Notes under the pieces: model-generated
Database searches by the model: none
What the model was told of the DNA's origin: nothing
The model's input: the letters and a program-made list of their open reading frames with translations, nothing else
Shown: positions 9,715 to 16,047 of the stretch, in pieces
Numbering within the stretch: position 1 is the stretch's first letter
Layout: every line of letters starts with the position of its first letter
Program-made: the position numbers and the translations under genes
Source: a virus
DNA length: 40,302 bases
Virus record (IMG/VR): IMGVR_UViG_3300045988_096387
Location: 1 to 40,302 of that record
Reading direction: 5' to 3' (one strand)

Positions 9715-10626
9715 TTACATGGCGCTGTCAAAGGCGTCTCCGAAATCGTCCCGCGTCTTGGAGTTGTCCCCGGCGCTTCTCATGCTGCCGGTGGAGCGCT
9801 CCGCGTTCCGTTGGTTCTGCAACACGGAGGTGGTCTCCCGCTTGGCGTCTGCCGCGTCCTGCCGCGCCTGCTGCACGGCGTACCGGGCGTAGGCGGCTAC
9901 CAGAGAAGAGCCGTTCCGCACGTCTGCCCAAACCTGAGGCGGGATGCTGTTGGGGTCCTTTGCTGCCTCGGGGAATGTCTGTTGAAATTCCTGAATGTCC
10001 GCCTGCCGGCGGCTTGCCGCCTCGGCCTCGGCCCTCTGGACCTGCGCCATGGCGTCCTGCTGGGCCTGCCGCTCTGCTTCTGCGGCGGCCACAACGGCCT
10101 CCCGGTCCTCAAGCTCCACGGAGCGCCGCGCGTCCGCTTCACTCAGGCCCTCGGCCTGCTTGGCCTGCGCCCGGAGCATGGAAATGTAGTCCTTGGTGTT
10201 CAACCCCTGCTGGTTTGCAAAGCGGTTGACCATCTCCATCACAGGCTTAAACTCGTCATACTGGCTGCGAACGCGGTCATAGTCCATCCCCTTCTGGGCC
10301 AATGCCACCATTTCCGCTTCGTTGGCCTGCCGCACCTCGCCCATGTGCCGCAGCTCCCATGTCTGGGGCCGTGCGTCCACGGTCTCCTCCTCGGTCTGCT
10401 GCGTCTGGGCTGCCTGCTCCGCGTCTGCGGGAGGCTCGGTGCCCTCTTCCGGCGTCTCTGCGCTCTCACTGGGGTCCTCGACAGGCGTTTCCTCGCCAGT
10501 CTCCATCGGCTCTGCGTCCACTTCCGGCTGGTCTGCCGTCATCTCCGCGCCGCCCTCCCAATCGTCCAAAAAGGCGTCCGTGGTCTCGGGCTCCTGTTCG
10601 GGGATCTGGTTCATGTTTTCGTCCAT
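9715..10626 (-). CDS. Scaffolding protein (acidic N-terminus, long helical Ala/Gln/Glu-rich C-terminus)
   Basis: The track ORF 9715..10740 was trimmed to ATG 10626 (MDENMNQ), which has a GGGGAAAGAGG RBS. Composition and position directly upstream of the capsid gene support the call. Confidence 0.65.
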   Translation of the reverse strand: MDENMNQIPEQEPETTDAFLDDWEGGAEMTADQPEVDAEPMETGEETPVEDPSESAETPEEGTEPPADAEQAAQTQQTEEETVDARPQTWELRHMGEVRQANEAEMVALAQKGMDYDRVRSQYDEFKPVMEMVNRFANQQGLNTKDYISMLRAQAKQAEGLSEADARRSVELEDREAVVAAAEAERQAQQDAMAQVQRAEAEAASRRQADIQEFQQTFPEAAKDPNSIPPQVWADVRNGSSLVAAYARYAVQQARQDAADAKRETTSVLQNQRNAERSTGSMRSAGDNSKTRDDFGDAFDSAM

Positions 10627-10643
10627 ATTGGCCTCTTTCCCCG

Positions 10644-10687
10644 GCCTGGTCTGGCCGGATCGTTGTATTTTCAAAGCCTGGTCTGGC
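10644..10687 (-). promoter_or_regulatory. Pair of 12-bp direct repeats (GCCAGACCAGGC on the minus strand) flanking an AT-rich spacer, upstream of scaffold/capsid genes
   Basis: gcctggtctggc occurs at 10644..10655 and 10676..10687, 32 bp apart, bracketing cggatcgttgtattttcaaa. Lies between an internal terminator and the scaffold start. Confidence 0.4.
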
Positions 10688-10694
10688 TTTGCTG

Positions 10695-10763
10695 ATAAAA
10701 CAAAAACGAGACCACAAGAAACGGCTTTCGCCGTTCTCATGGCCTCGTTGGGCTCTCGTTTTT
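10695..10763 (-). terminator. Rho-independent terminator inside the late operon (compound hairpin plus U tract)
   Basis: Minus strand: AAACGAGAGCC...[inner AACGGC-GAAA-GCCGTT]...GGTCTCGTTTTTGTTTTATC, starting right after the stop of 10762..10950. Confidence 0.6.
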
Positions 10764-10950
10764 ATTCGGTTTTCAGGGGGAAGGGGACGTCTGTATCCAG
10801 CTCCCGCCCCTCAAAAATGGTGGGGTAGTGGCTCACCTTGCATCTTCGGCAGTAAATAGGCGTGTTGTAGATCACACTGCCCGGTTCGATGTGCTGAAGC
10901 GCTTTCCCGCAGATAGGGCAGCGGTAGACCCACGTCCCATCTACCACCAT
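10762..10950 (-). CDS. Small zinc-ribbon protein
   Basis: 62-aa ORF with two CxxC pairs (CPICGK ... CRRCK). Overlaps the upstream gene end by 10 nt. Confidence 0.55.
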   Translation of the reverse strand: MVVDGTWVYRCPICGKALQHIEPGSVIYNTPIYCRRCKVSHYPTIFEGRELDTDVPFPLKTE

Positions 10951-11390
10951 GCTCCAAACTCCCCGTGTTCAATGCCGCCGTAGAGGTTTTCCACGTCGCC
11001 AATCACGCTGGGCAGGCTCTGGCGGCACAGTTCCAGCTGTTCCAGAAACGTCTGCCACAGGAAGTTGGCCCGACTGGGGTCCTCCTCCAGCAGAAGCAGA
11101 CCTGCCAGACCGTAGGGCAGCGCCCCGGTGCAGATCCGCTCGTCCAACGCCACCTCGTCCGCCATCTCCGCCACCTTTGGGCAGATAGGCCGCTTGCCGT
11201 CCGCCGCTTCCAGCGCCTCCCGGTAGTTGTCGCTGTACGGAAACGCCCGGTCTAAAACGCTGTTCAGCAGGGAAACGGTCCGCAGCTTGTACTCCTTGGT
11301 GTCCGCCGTGTCCGTGGAGCCGGTGGATTCGTTCTGGGAATCCATCAGGTGGATGGCGATGTCGAAAATCTGCTGTACCGTAACCGCCAT
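10941..11390 (-). CDS. Hypothetical late protein (149 aa)
   Basis: ORF with a GGGAGGTG RBS. Compositionally like neighbouring late genes. No recognisable motif. Confidence 0.55.
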   Translation of the reverse strand: MAVTVQQIFDIAIHLMDSQNESTGSTDTADTKEYKLRTVSLLNSVLDRAFPYSDNYREALEAADGKRPICPKVAEMADEVALDERICTGALPYGLAGLLLLEEDPSRANFLWQTFLEQLELCRQSLPSVIGDVENLYGGIEHGEFGAWW

Positions 11391-11391
11391 A

Positions 11392-11634
11392 TCACACCTC
11401 CCGCCCTTTCAGGCTGGCTTTCATGGTGTTCAGGTCGTAGGTCATCAGGTTGTCAATGCCCTGCTCCACGCTTTTCTGCCGGTCCGTAGGCTCTTCCGTC
11501 TCCGGCTTCTCCGGTTCGGTGGGGGAGGGGGCTTTGATTTCCCGCAGCAGCCGCAGAATCAGCACTGCGCATACGGCAGCGCCTATGCTGGCCGCACCGC
11601 AGATCAGGGATAAAACCAAAATCAGGCCGTTCAC
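11392..11634 (-). CDS. Small membrane protein (one N-terminal TM helix, acidic Pro/Glu tail)
   Basis: 80-aa ORF with a GTG start preceded by GAGGAGG. The hydrophobic segment LILVLSLICGAASIGAAVCAVLIL supports the TM call. Confidence 0.5.
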   Translation of the reverse strand: MNGLILVLSLICGAASIGAAVCAVLILRLLREIKAPSPTEPEKPETEEPTDRQKSVEQGIDNLMTYDLNTMKASLKGREV

Positions 11635-11646
11635 CTCGCCGCCTCC

Positions 11647-12180
11647 TCACTTGAAGTCGCTTGCGTCCACGCCGTCCCCGAAGGTCACGTTCACGCTGAT
11701 GTCCTGGCGGGTCTCCTGCTTGTCCTGGTAGCCGCCCAGACGCTTCTGCTTGTTCAGGAAAATGCCTCGCGTCACCATGCCCTTTTCCTGGTAGATGGGA
11801 CTGGTGTCGATCTGCTCCTGAATCCGCTGGTATGCCAGCCGCACGTAGTAGCTCATGACGCAGCGGGGATCGGTGATTTCCTCGTCACCCGCTTCAAAGG
11901 CTTCCACCTGCGCTTCGACCACCTCGGCCTCCCGGCCATCGTTGTAGTCGTAATACCCCTGAAGCCGCTGAACCGTCCATCGCATCGCATTGGCAAGGCC
12001 CGCCTCGCTGTATGCCTGCTCCAGCCGGTCCTGCACGTCAAAGTATTCCTCGGACTGCTTCAGGAACGCCTTGATCCTCTCAATCGTCTGCTTCCTGTGG
12101 GCCGCGGCGGCCTTCTTGTTCATGTTATCCATGTGCGCCTTGCGCTCTTCCGGACTGGGATTTTTCTTCTGATAAGCCAT
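11647..12180 (-). CDS. Hypothetical protein, first gene of the late operon (177 aa)
   Basis: The track ORF 11647..12240 was trimmed to ATG 12180 (MAYQKKNP), preceded by GAGAGGGGG. The longer form would overlap the tRNA. Function is unknown; a small-terminase role cannot be supported from the sequence. Confidence 0.55.
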   Translation of the reverse strand: MAYQKKNPSPEERKAHMDNMNKKAAAAHRKQTIERIKAFLKQSEEYFDVQDRLEQAYSEAGLANAMRWTVQRLQGYYDYNDGREAEVVEAQVEAFEAGDEEITDPRCVMSYYVRLAYQRIQEQIDTSPIYQEKGMVTRGIFLNKQKRLGGYQDKQETRQDISVNVTFGDGVDASDFK

Positions 12181-12207
12181 GCCCCGGCCCCCTCTCGCAA
12201 AAAATTC

Positions 12208-12285
12208 TGGTGGTTTCGGCAGGAATCGAACCTGCGACATATCGGCTCACGAAGTCCGCTGCTCTTCCGACTGAGCTACGAAACC
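12208..12285 (-). tRNA. Phage-encoded tRNA-like gene with encoded CCA and a non-canonical anticodon arm (anticodon undetermined; UCG or CGU possible)
   Basis: Minus-strand read: GGTTTCG-TA-GCTC-AGTCGGAA-GAGC-[AGCGGACTTCGTGAGCCGATATGTC]-GCAGG-TTCGATT-CCTGC-CGAAACC-ACCA. The acceptor, D and T arms pair perfectly. The 25-nt middle segment offers only 3 Watson-Crick pairs (CGG/CCG). Confidence 0.7.
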
Positions 12286-12462
12286 ATGCTCCGGTGGGCT
12301 GTTCGGACCCACCGGGCAACAGGAAAGGAACTGAAGGTGAAAACTGGCGTCTGACATAGGAGGCAGGCGGATTCTGTTCCGCCAACTTCATTCAAGCATA
12401 TTTCGTCAAGTGGATACAAGATGTTTCAGTTATTTTCGTAATGTTCTACATAAAATCCCCCG

Positions 12463-12629
12463 CCCCCTTTTTCCGCCACCCCCCCCAGAGGGAGCATTCG
12501 CATGGCTTCCCGCAGCTGACATGCCAGTGCAAAGAGGTCTGTGAAAGGAGGGAGAGGGTGTGTGCATATAGCCCTATACCCTGCGCAAGAGACACCCCCT
12601 GTTTTTCCGCTACCCCCTGGTACACCCCC
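12463..12629 (-). promoter_or_regulatory. Cluster of GCGGAAAAA(C)AGGGGG(TGT) motifs upstream of the tRNA/late operon
   Basis: The reverse complement of 12592..12610 is gcggaaaaacagggggtgt. The reverse complement of 12463..12476 is gcggaaaaaggggg. Another GGGGGTGT lies at 12622..12629 (reverse complement). A near-identical motif on the plus strand at 29961..29977 has the same orientation relative to its downstream gene. Confidence 0.35.
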
Positions 12630-12881
12630 TCCCCATCCCTGGTAGTAGGGCCTCCCCAGCAGCAGAGACTACATCCCCAGCCCCGGCGCTACTCAATCGC
12701 CCCCAGCCAGCCGGAGCAGCCAACAGGAATTGCCCAGCCCGGAAGAGGAAATACACAGAATCGACACAGCAACAGCCGAAGCCCAGCAGCCCCAACGGAA
12801 ATATTTAATGACCCATTAAATTTGCCCGAAAAGGGTAATTGCCACAATCTCACAATATCTCCAAATATCTCGCAAATGCTC

Positions 12882-12920
12882 CGTTTTGCTCACGTTTCCT
12901 CTCGTTTTCTCGCGTTTTTT
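12882..12920 (+). repeat. Four helically phased T-tract repeats (CGTTTTGCTCA / CGTTTCCTCT / CGTTTTCTCG / CGTTTTTT)
   Basis: T tracts begin at 12884, 12895, 12905 and 12915 (10-11 bp spacing). This is the classic signature of intrinsically bent DNA. Confidence 0.6.
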
Positions 12921-12970
12921 ATTCGCCGTGTCTCTCTCTTTCGCTACTCTCTCGGTAGAGTATATATATA

Positions 12971-13004
12971 ACACCCCCCGTAAGAAATATATATTTATCT
13001 CTCT
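12971..13004 (+). repeat. Copy A of a twice-occurring element (ACACCCCCC-TAAGAA ... ATATATATTTATCTCTCT)
   Basis: The 18-nt core atatatatttatctctct (12987..13004) is identical to 23720..23737. The preceding acacccccc(g)taagaa is also shared, in the same orientation. Confidence 0.7.
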
Positions 13005-13098
13005 GGGGTAGAGGGAATACGCCCCCTCCTGTAACCCTTCCTTCCCCCCTTCCTTAAGGTTTCCCCCCATGGTTCCCCTTATGGTCCCCCCTATGACA

Positions 13099-13140
13099 TG
13101 AAAAGCCGAGGCGTGAACCTCAACAGATCCACACCTCGGC
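13099..13140 (-). terminator. Rho-independent terminator of the RHH/VRR-NUC cassette
   Basis: Minus strand: GCCGAGGTGTG-loop-CACGCCTCGGC followed by TTTTCAT, 11 nt after the stop of 13152..13523. Confidence 0.65.
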
Positions 13141-13151
13141 GGGTTGCTTTG

Positions 13152-13523
13152 CTATTCGATTAGGCAGTTACGAATTACTCCCTTGACTTCCTCAAAGCCT
13201 CCATCCGGCGACCAGAGGAAGCAGGGGATTCCCTTTGCCGATAATTCGCCCATGATTACAAGCTGGTTCTTCTTTAGCGGCGTTGTGCTCCGTGGTTTTA
13301 CCTCGACTGCACAGACCCGGTTTCCCTTGATGCAGAAGAAGTCCGGCCATCCGCGCTTTGTCGGCGTCCATCCGTTGTCCTGCAACAGCTTGAAGCATTG
13401 TGCCTCCGCCTTGTTTGCCGGTTCTTTGACGCCTGAAACGTCACCTGCTGGGCCCTTGCTGCCGACCTGATAAACCAGCTCCCCGAACTTGTTATACTGT
13501 GATTCTTTGCGCTGCTTCGGCAT
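13152..13523 (-). CDS. VRR-NUC / PD-(D/E)xK-fold nuclease
   Basis: 123-aa ORF. The motif GWPDFFCIKGNRVCAVEVK (PD ... E-x-K) followed by KKNQ fits the VRR-NUC catalytic core. Confidence 0.65.
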   Translation of the reverse strand: MPKQRKESQYNKFGELVYQVGSKGPAGDVSGVKEPANKAEAQCFKLLQDNGWTPTKRGWPDFFCIKGNRVCAVEVKPRSTTPLKKNQLVIMGELSAKGIPCFLWSPDGGFEEVKGVIRNCLIE

Positions 13524-13537
13524 CGCGTCTCACCCCC

Positions 13538-13735
13538 TCACAGCTTATCCCGTATCGCCTCAATGATCCAGGCGTTGACGCTCTGGCCTGCCGCGGCTGC
13601 TGCCGCTCTGATCTGGGCCTTGCTGGGGTCGGAGCCGATCCTCAGCTTGATAGTAACTTTCTCGTTGTTCTCGCGCTCCCATTTGAGGGAGGCGTCACGC
13701 TGGGCCTTGCTGGTCTTCAATTCCTTGTGCTCCAA
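13538..13735 (-). CDS. Ribbon-helix-helix (Arc/CopG/HicB-C-like) DNA-binding protein
   Basis: 65-aa ORF with a TTG start preceded by GGGGGTG. The C-terminal SVNAWIIEAIRDKL is typical of the RHH second helix. First gene of a two-gene minus-strand unit. Confidence 0.55.
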   Translation of the reverse strand: MEHKELKTSKAQRDASLKWERENNEKVTIKLRIGSDPSKAQIRAAAAAAGQSVNAWIIEAIRDKL

Positions 13736-13759
13736 TGGTTACACCCCCTTGTGCGTCTT

Positions 13760-13894
13760 ATTATATCGCATATGCGCGTATAAGTCAGCCTGACAACTTG
13801 CACAAAAAAGTCCGCCTGATACTGTGCGAACCTGCCAAACCTGCACGAATTTGCGAAAACCCCCTTGACAACTCGTATCAGTCCGCCTTATAAT
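13760..13894. promoter_or_regulatory. Divergent promoter region with three 13-nt direct repeats AGTC(A/C)GCCT(G/T)A(C/T)A
   Basis: Plus promoter: TTGACA 13865..13870 and TATAAT 13889..13894. Minus promoter: CTGACT (13788..13783), 17-nt spacer, TATAAT (13765..13760). Repeats lie at 13783..13795 (over the minus -35), 13809..13821 and 13880..13892 (over the plus -10). Palindrome CGCATATGCG at 13768..13777. Confidence 0.55.
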
Positions 13895-13954
13895 TCAGGC
13901 AACAACAGCAAACACGACAACGCCACAGGCCGACAGGCCGGAAAGGATTACAAA

Positions 13955-14455
13955 ATGACTACTTACTTCATCAACTGCAAGAACCTCGACGAGCTGAAGA
14001 AGGCTTACAAGGCCGCCGCCATGAAGAACCACCCCGACATGGGCGGAGACACCGTCACCATGCAGGCCATCAACGCCGAGTATTCGGCCCGGTTTGAGGT
14101 CCTGAAGCGGTCCCAGAATGAGCAGGCCGCCGAGGATACCACCGGACGGACCCACGCCACCACCGAGAGCGCAGGCGATTTCATTGCCATCATCGCGGCC
14201 CTGCTGAAGCTGGACGGCCTCGAGATTGAGTTGTGCGGTCGCTGGCTCTGGATCGGCGGCAACACCAAGGAGCACAAGGAAGCCCTAAAGGCTGCCGGGT
14301 GCCGGTGGAGCAGCACGAAAAAGCTCTGGTCCTGGCATTTCGCCGAAGAGGGGATGAAGTGGCACAAGGGCACAAAGACCATGGCAGAGATCCGCAGCAA
14401 GTACGGCAGCACCACCTTTGCCCGTTCCACCAATTCCGACGCGCTCCCGGCTTGA
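13955..14455 (+). CDS. J-domain (DnaJ-like) protein
   Basis: Track ORF trimmed to ATG 13955 (GAAAGGA RBS). The segment LKKAYKAAAMKNHPDMGGD contains the HPD tripeptide in the J-domain helix II/III context. C-terminal motif: WLWIGGNTKEHKEALKAAGCRWSSTKKLWSWH. Confidence 0.75.
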   Translation: MTTYFINCKNLDELKKAYKAAAMKNHPDMGGDTVTMQAINAEYSARFEVLKRSQNEQAAEDTTGRTHATTESAGDFIAIIAALLKLDGLEIELCGRWLWIGGNTKEHKEALKAAGCRWSSTKKLWSWHFAEEGMKWHKGTKTMAEIRSKYGSTTFARSTNSDALPA

Positions 14456-14490
14456 CCGGGGCGCGCCACCCCCAGAAAGGAGAATGAACC

Positions 14491-14646
14491 ATGATCCAGA
14501 TCAAAAATATTTTCGATAGCCTGCGCGACGATGTTTTAAGCGGCAAAATGACGCTGAAGGAAGCCGCCGAGGAACTTTACAGAAGCGGATGCATGAACTT
14601 CATCGACGAGGAAGCCACCCGCCGCCGGTTACATTTGGCCGACTGA
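14491..14646 (+). CDS. Small hypothetical protein (51 aa; below the ORF-track cutoff)
   Basis: ATG 14491 lies 8 nt after AAAGGAG. Hand translation: MIQIKNIFDSLRDDVLSGKMTLKEAAEELYRSGCMNFIDEEATRRRLHLAD. It fills an otherwise empty gap. Confidence 0.45.
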   Translation: MIQIKNIFDSLRDDVLSGKMTLKEAAEELYRSGCMNFIDEEATRRRLHLAD

Positions 14647-14651
14647 CACAA

Positions 14652-14691
14652 CCGCCCGCCCCGGAGGTCACGAGGGAAGAAAGGAAAGACC
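14652..14691 (+). repeat. Left copy of a duplicated intergenic/RBS cassette flanking the AT-rich ORF
   Basis: ccgcccgccccGGAGGTCACGAGGGaAGAAAGGAaagacc-ATG, compared with 14882..14920 cccgccctGGAGGTCACGAGGGcAGAAAGGAcaacact-ATG. Confidence 0.8.
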
Positions 14692-14874
14692 ATGGAAACA
14701 TATCGAGTGTATATTTACTATCTTAGGACTGCAAAACATAAAGACTTTGATAGCAAAAATGACGCTTTGAATTATGCTTATGACATCGCAAACAACAACG
14801 AAAAAGCAATGCATATCACTATTGAGAATCTTAACACTTGCGAAAAAGTCTTGGAATTATACCCCGAAAGATAA
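14692..14874 (+). CDS. AT-rich small protein (60 aa), probable horizontally inserted moron
   Basis: The ORF is visibly AT-rich against high-GC neighbours and uses the duplicated RBS cassette. Asn/Lys/Tyr/Ile-rich. No recognisable motif. Confidence 0.55.
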   Translation: METYRVYIYYLRTAKHKDFDSKNDALNYAYDIANNNEKAMHITIENLNTCEKVLELYPER

Positions 14875-14881
14875 ATAGATG

Positions 14882-14920
14882 ACCCGCCCTGGAGGTCACG
14901 AGGGCAGAAAGGACAACACT
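14882..14920 (+). repeat. Right copy of the duplicated intergenic/RBS cassette
   Basis: Shares the 14-nt GGAGGTCACGAGGG and 8-nt AGAAAGGA blocks with 14652..14691, at the same spacing from an ATG. Confidence 0.8.
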
Positions 14921-15133
14921 ATGAAGCCTTACGGAATCGCCGTCCCCGGCTCCGTTATCAGCGCCAAGACCGCAGCCGGGTATCTCCGCCGCACCGCCGC
15001 GTTTTTGCTTTCCCCCGCCAGATTCTCCATGGAATCCTGCGCGGTTCTTTCCGACATTGAAAGCCGGATAGTTTCCGCCGGGTTCCTGACGTGGGATCAG
15101 GTGGAGCAGATCGAAGAGGAGGCCACCGCATGA
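14921..15133 (+). CDS. Hypothetical early protein (70 aa)
   Basis: Track ORF trimmed to ATG 14921 behind the AGAAAGGA RBS. Its stop overlaps the next start (ATGA). Confidence 0.5.
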   Translation: MKPYGIAVPGSVISAKTAAGYLRRTAAFLLSPARFSMESCAVLSDIESRIVSAGFLTWDQVEQIEEEATA

Positions 15134-15585
15134 GCTATCTTGACCTATTCCAGCGCTACGGCAACCCCAGCCGGGAAGCGGAAATACGGCTAACCGCTTA
15201 TCTGCTCCGGCCCGACGCCCTGACCGCCGACCGCATCAAGGCCCACGATGACAGCGCCGCCCGGATGATTGCCCGGTGTAACGAGCTGATCGACCAACTG
15301 ACCGAATACCGCGCAGCCCTGGCGGAGCGATACGCCGCCCTTGCGACTGCCGCCTACCGTGACCGGCTGGAGCTGACCCGCGACCCCGGTTACAGGGGCA
15401 AGCCGGTGATCTACTTTGTGCGGATCGTCCGCACCTATGAGGACGGAACCACGGAGCGCGTTTTGGACGAGAAATATTTTGGCACGGAGCGCCGGAAAGC
15501 CTTTGCCCGGTTCGCGGAGCTGAAGCACCAGCGCCCCGGCATTGAGACCTATCAAGACACCGAGAAGCGCAGCTGGGAGCGTTGA
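15130..15585 (+). CDS. Hypothetical early protein (151 aa)
   Basis: ATGA-coupled start at 15130. Helical, Arg/Ala-rich. No recognisable motif. Confidence 0.5.
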   Translation: MSYLDLFQRYGNPSREAEIRLTAYLLRPDALTADRIKAHDDSAARMIARCNELIDQLTEYRAALAERYAALATAAYRDRLELTRDPGYRGKPVIYFVRIVRTYEDGTTERVLDEKYFGTERRKAFARFAELKHQRPGIETYQDTEKRSWER

Positions 15586-15653
15586 CAATCAACGCGGCCC
15601 ATGTTACCATCAACTTACAGACCGGCCCACGCCGGAGAAAGGACAGAAAACAC

Positions 15654-15959
15654 ATGATCGCCCATCTTTACAAAATCCCCTCAACCTTTCGGAACGTTCC
15701 CGACGCGGTGAAGGTTCGCGCTGTTCCCTTTGAGAATTTCCCCGGCACCTGGCTGCATGCAACGCTGGATTTGCCCGACGGTCTCCGCGTGGCCGACTCA
15801 AAATACGGAGAAGGGGCCTTTATCACGGAGTCCGGCGAGATCATCTGCGAGGCATACGCGGACCCCGAACAGATCAGCGGAAACGAGCTTAAAGGCCGCG
15901 TTACTGTGCGGGACTCCGCCGGGAAATTCCTTGTTGATACCGTTGTCACCTGGCAATGA
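15654..15959 (+). CDS. Hypothetical early protein (101 aa)
   Basis: ATG 15654 behind GAGAAAGGA. A TTGACA-17-TACCAT promoter-like pair lies at 15582..15610. Followed by a terminator. Confidence 0.5.
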   Translation: MIAHLYKIPSTFRNVPDAVKVRAVPFENFPGTWLHATLDLPDGLRVADSKYGEGAFITESGEIICEAYADPEQISGNELKGRVTVRDSAGKFLVDTVVTWQ

Positions 15960-16017
15960 TCCATCTTTCCCAGCTTGGCAAACAGACCAGCAACTAACCC
16001 AAAACGCAGAACAGCGA

Positions 16018-16047
16018 CCCGGAAAAACTCCGGGCCGCTGATTTTTT
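16018..16047 (+). terminator. Rho-independent terminator
   Basis: CCCGGA-aaaac-TCCGGG followed by ccgctgaTTTTTT. Confidence 0.6.

Noticed and set aside
11647-12240. Long form (197 aa) of the first late gene.
   Set aside because: The extra 20 codons overlap the 3' part of the tRNA-like gene and have no RBS. ATG 12180 has a good RBS.
12208-12285. Suppressor tRNA / alternative genetic code.
   Set aside because: The candidate anticodons (UCG or CGU) are not complementary to any stop codon. Only one in-frame stop (29245) was found in the genome. All other genes terminate normally with TAA/TGA/TAG.
12441-12971. 176-aa plus-strand ORF and 84-aa/61-aa minus-strand ORFs inside the large non-coding region.
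   Set aside because: The translations are Pro/Ser/Gln/Arg low-complexity sequence with no good Shine-Dalgarno at proper spacing. The DNA is dominated by homopolymer C runs and short repeats, so I treat the region as non-coding.
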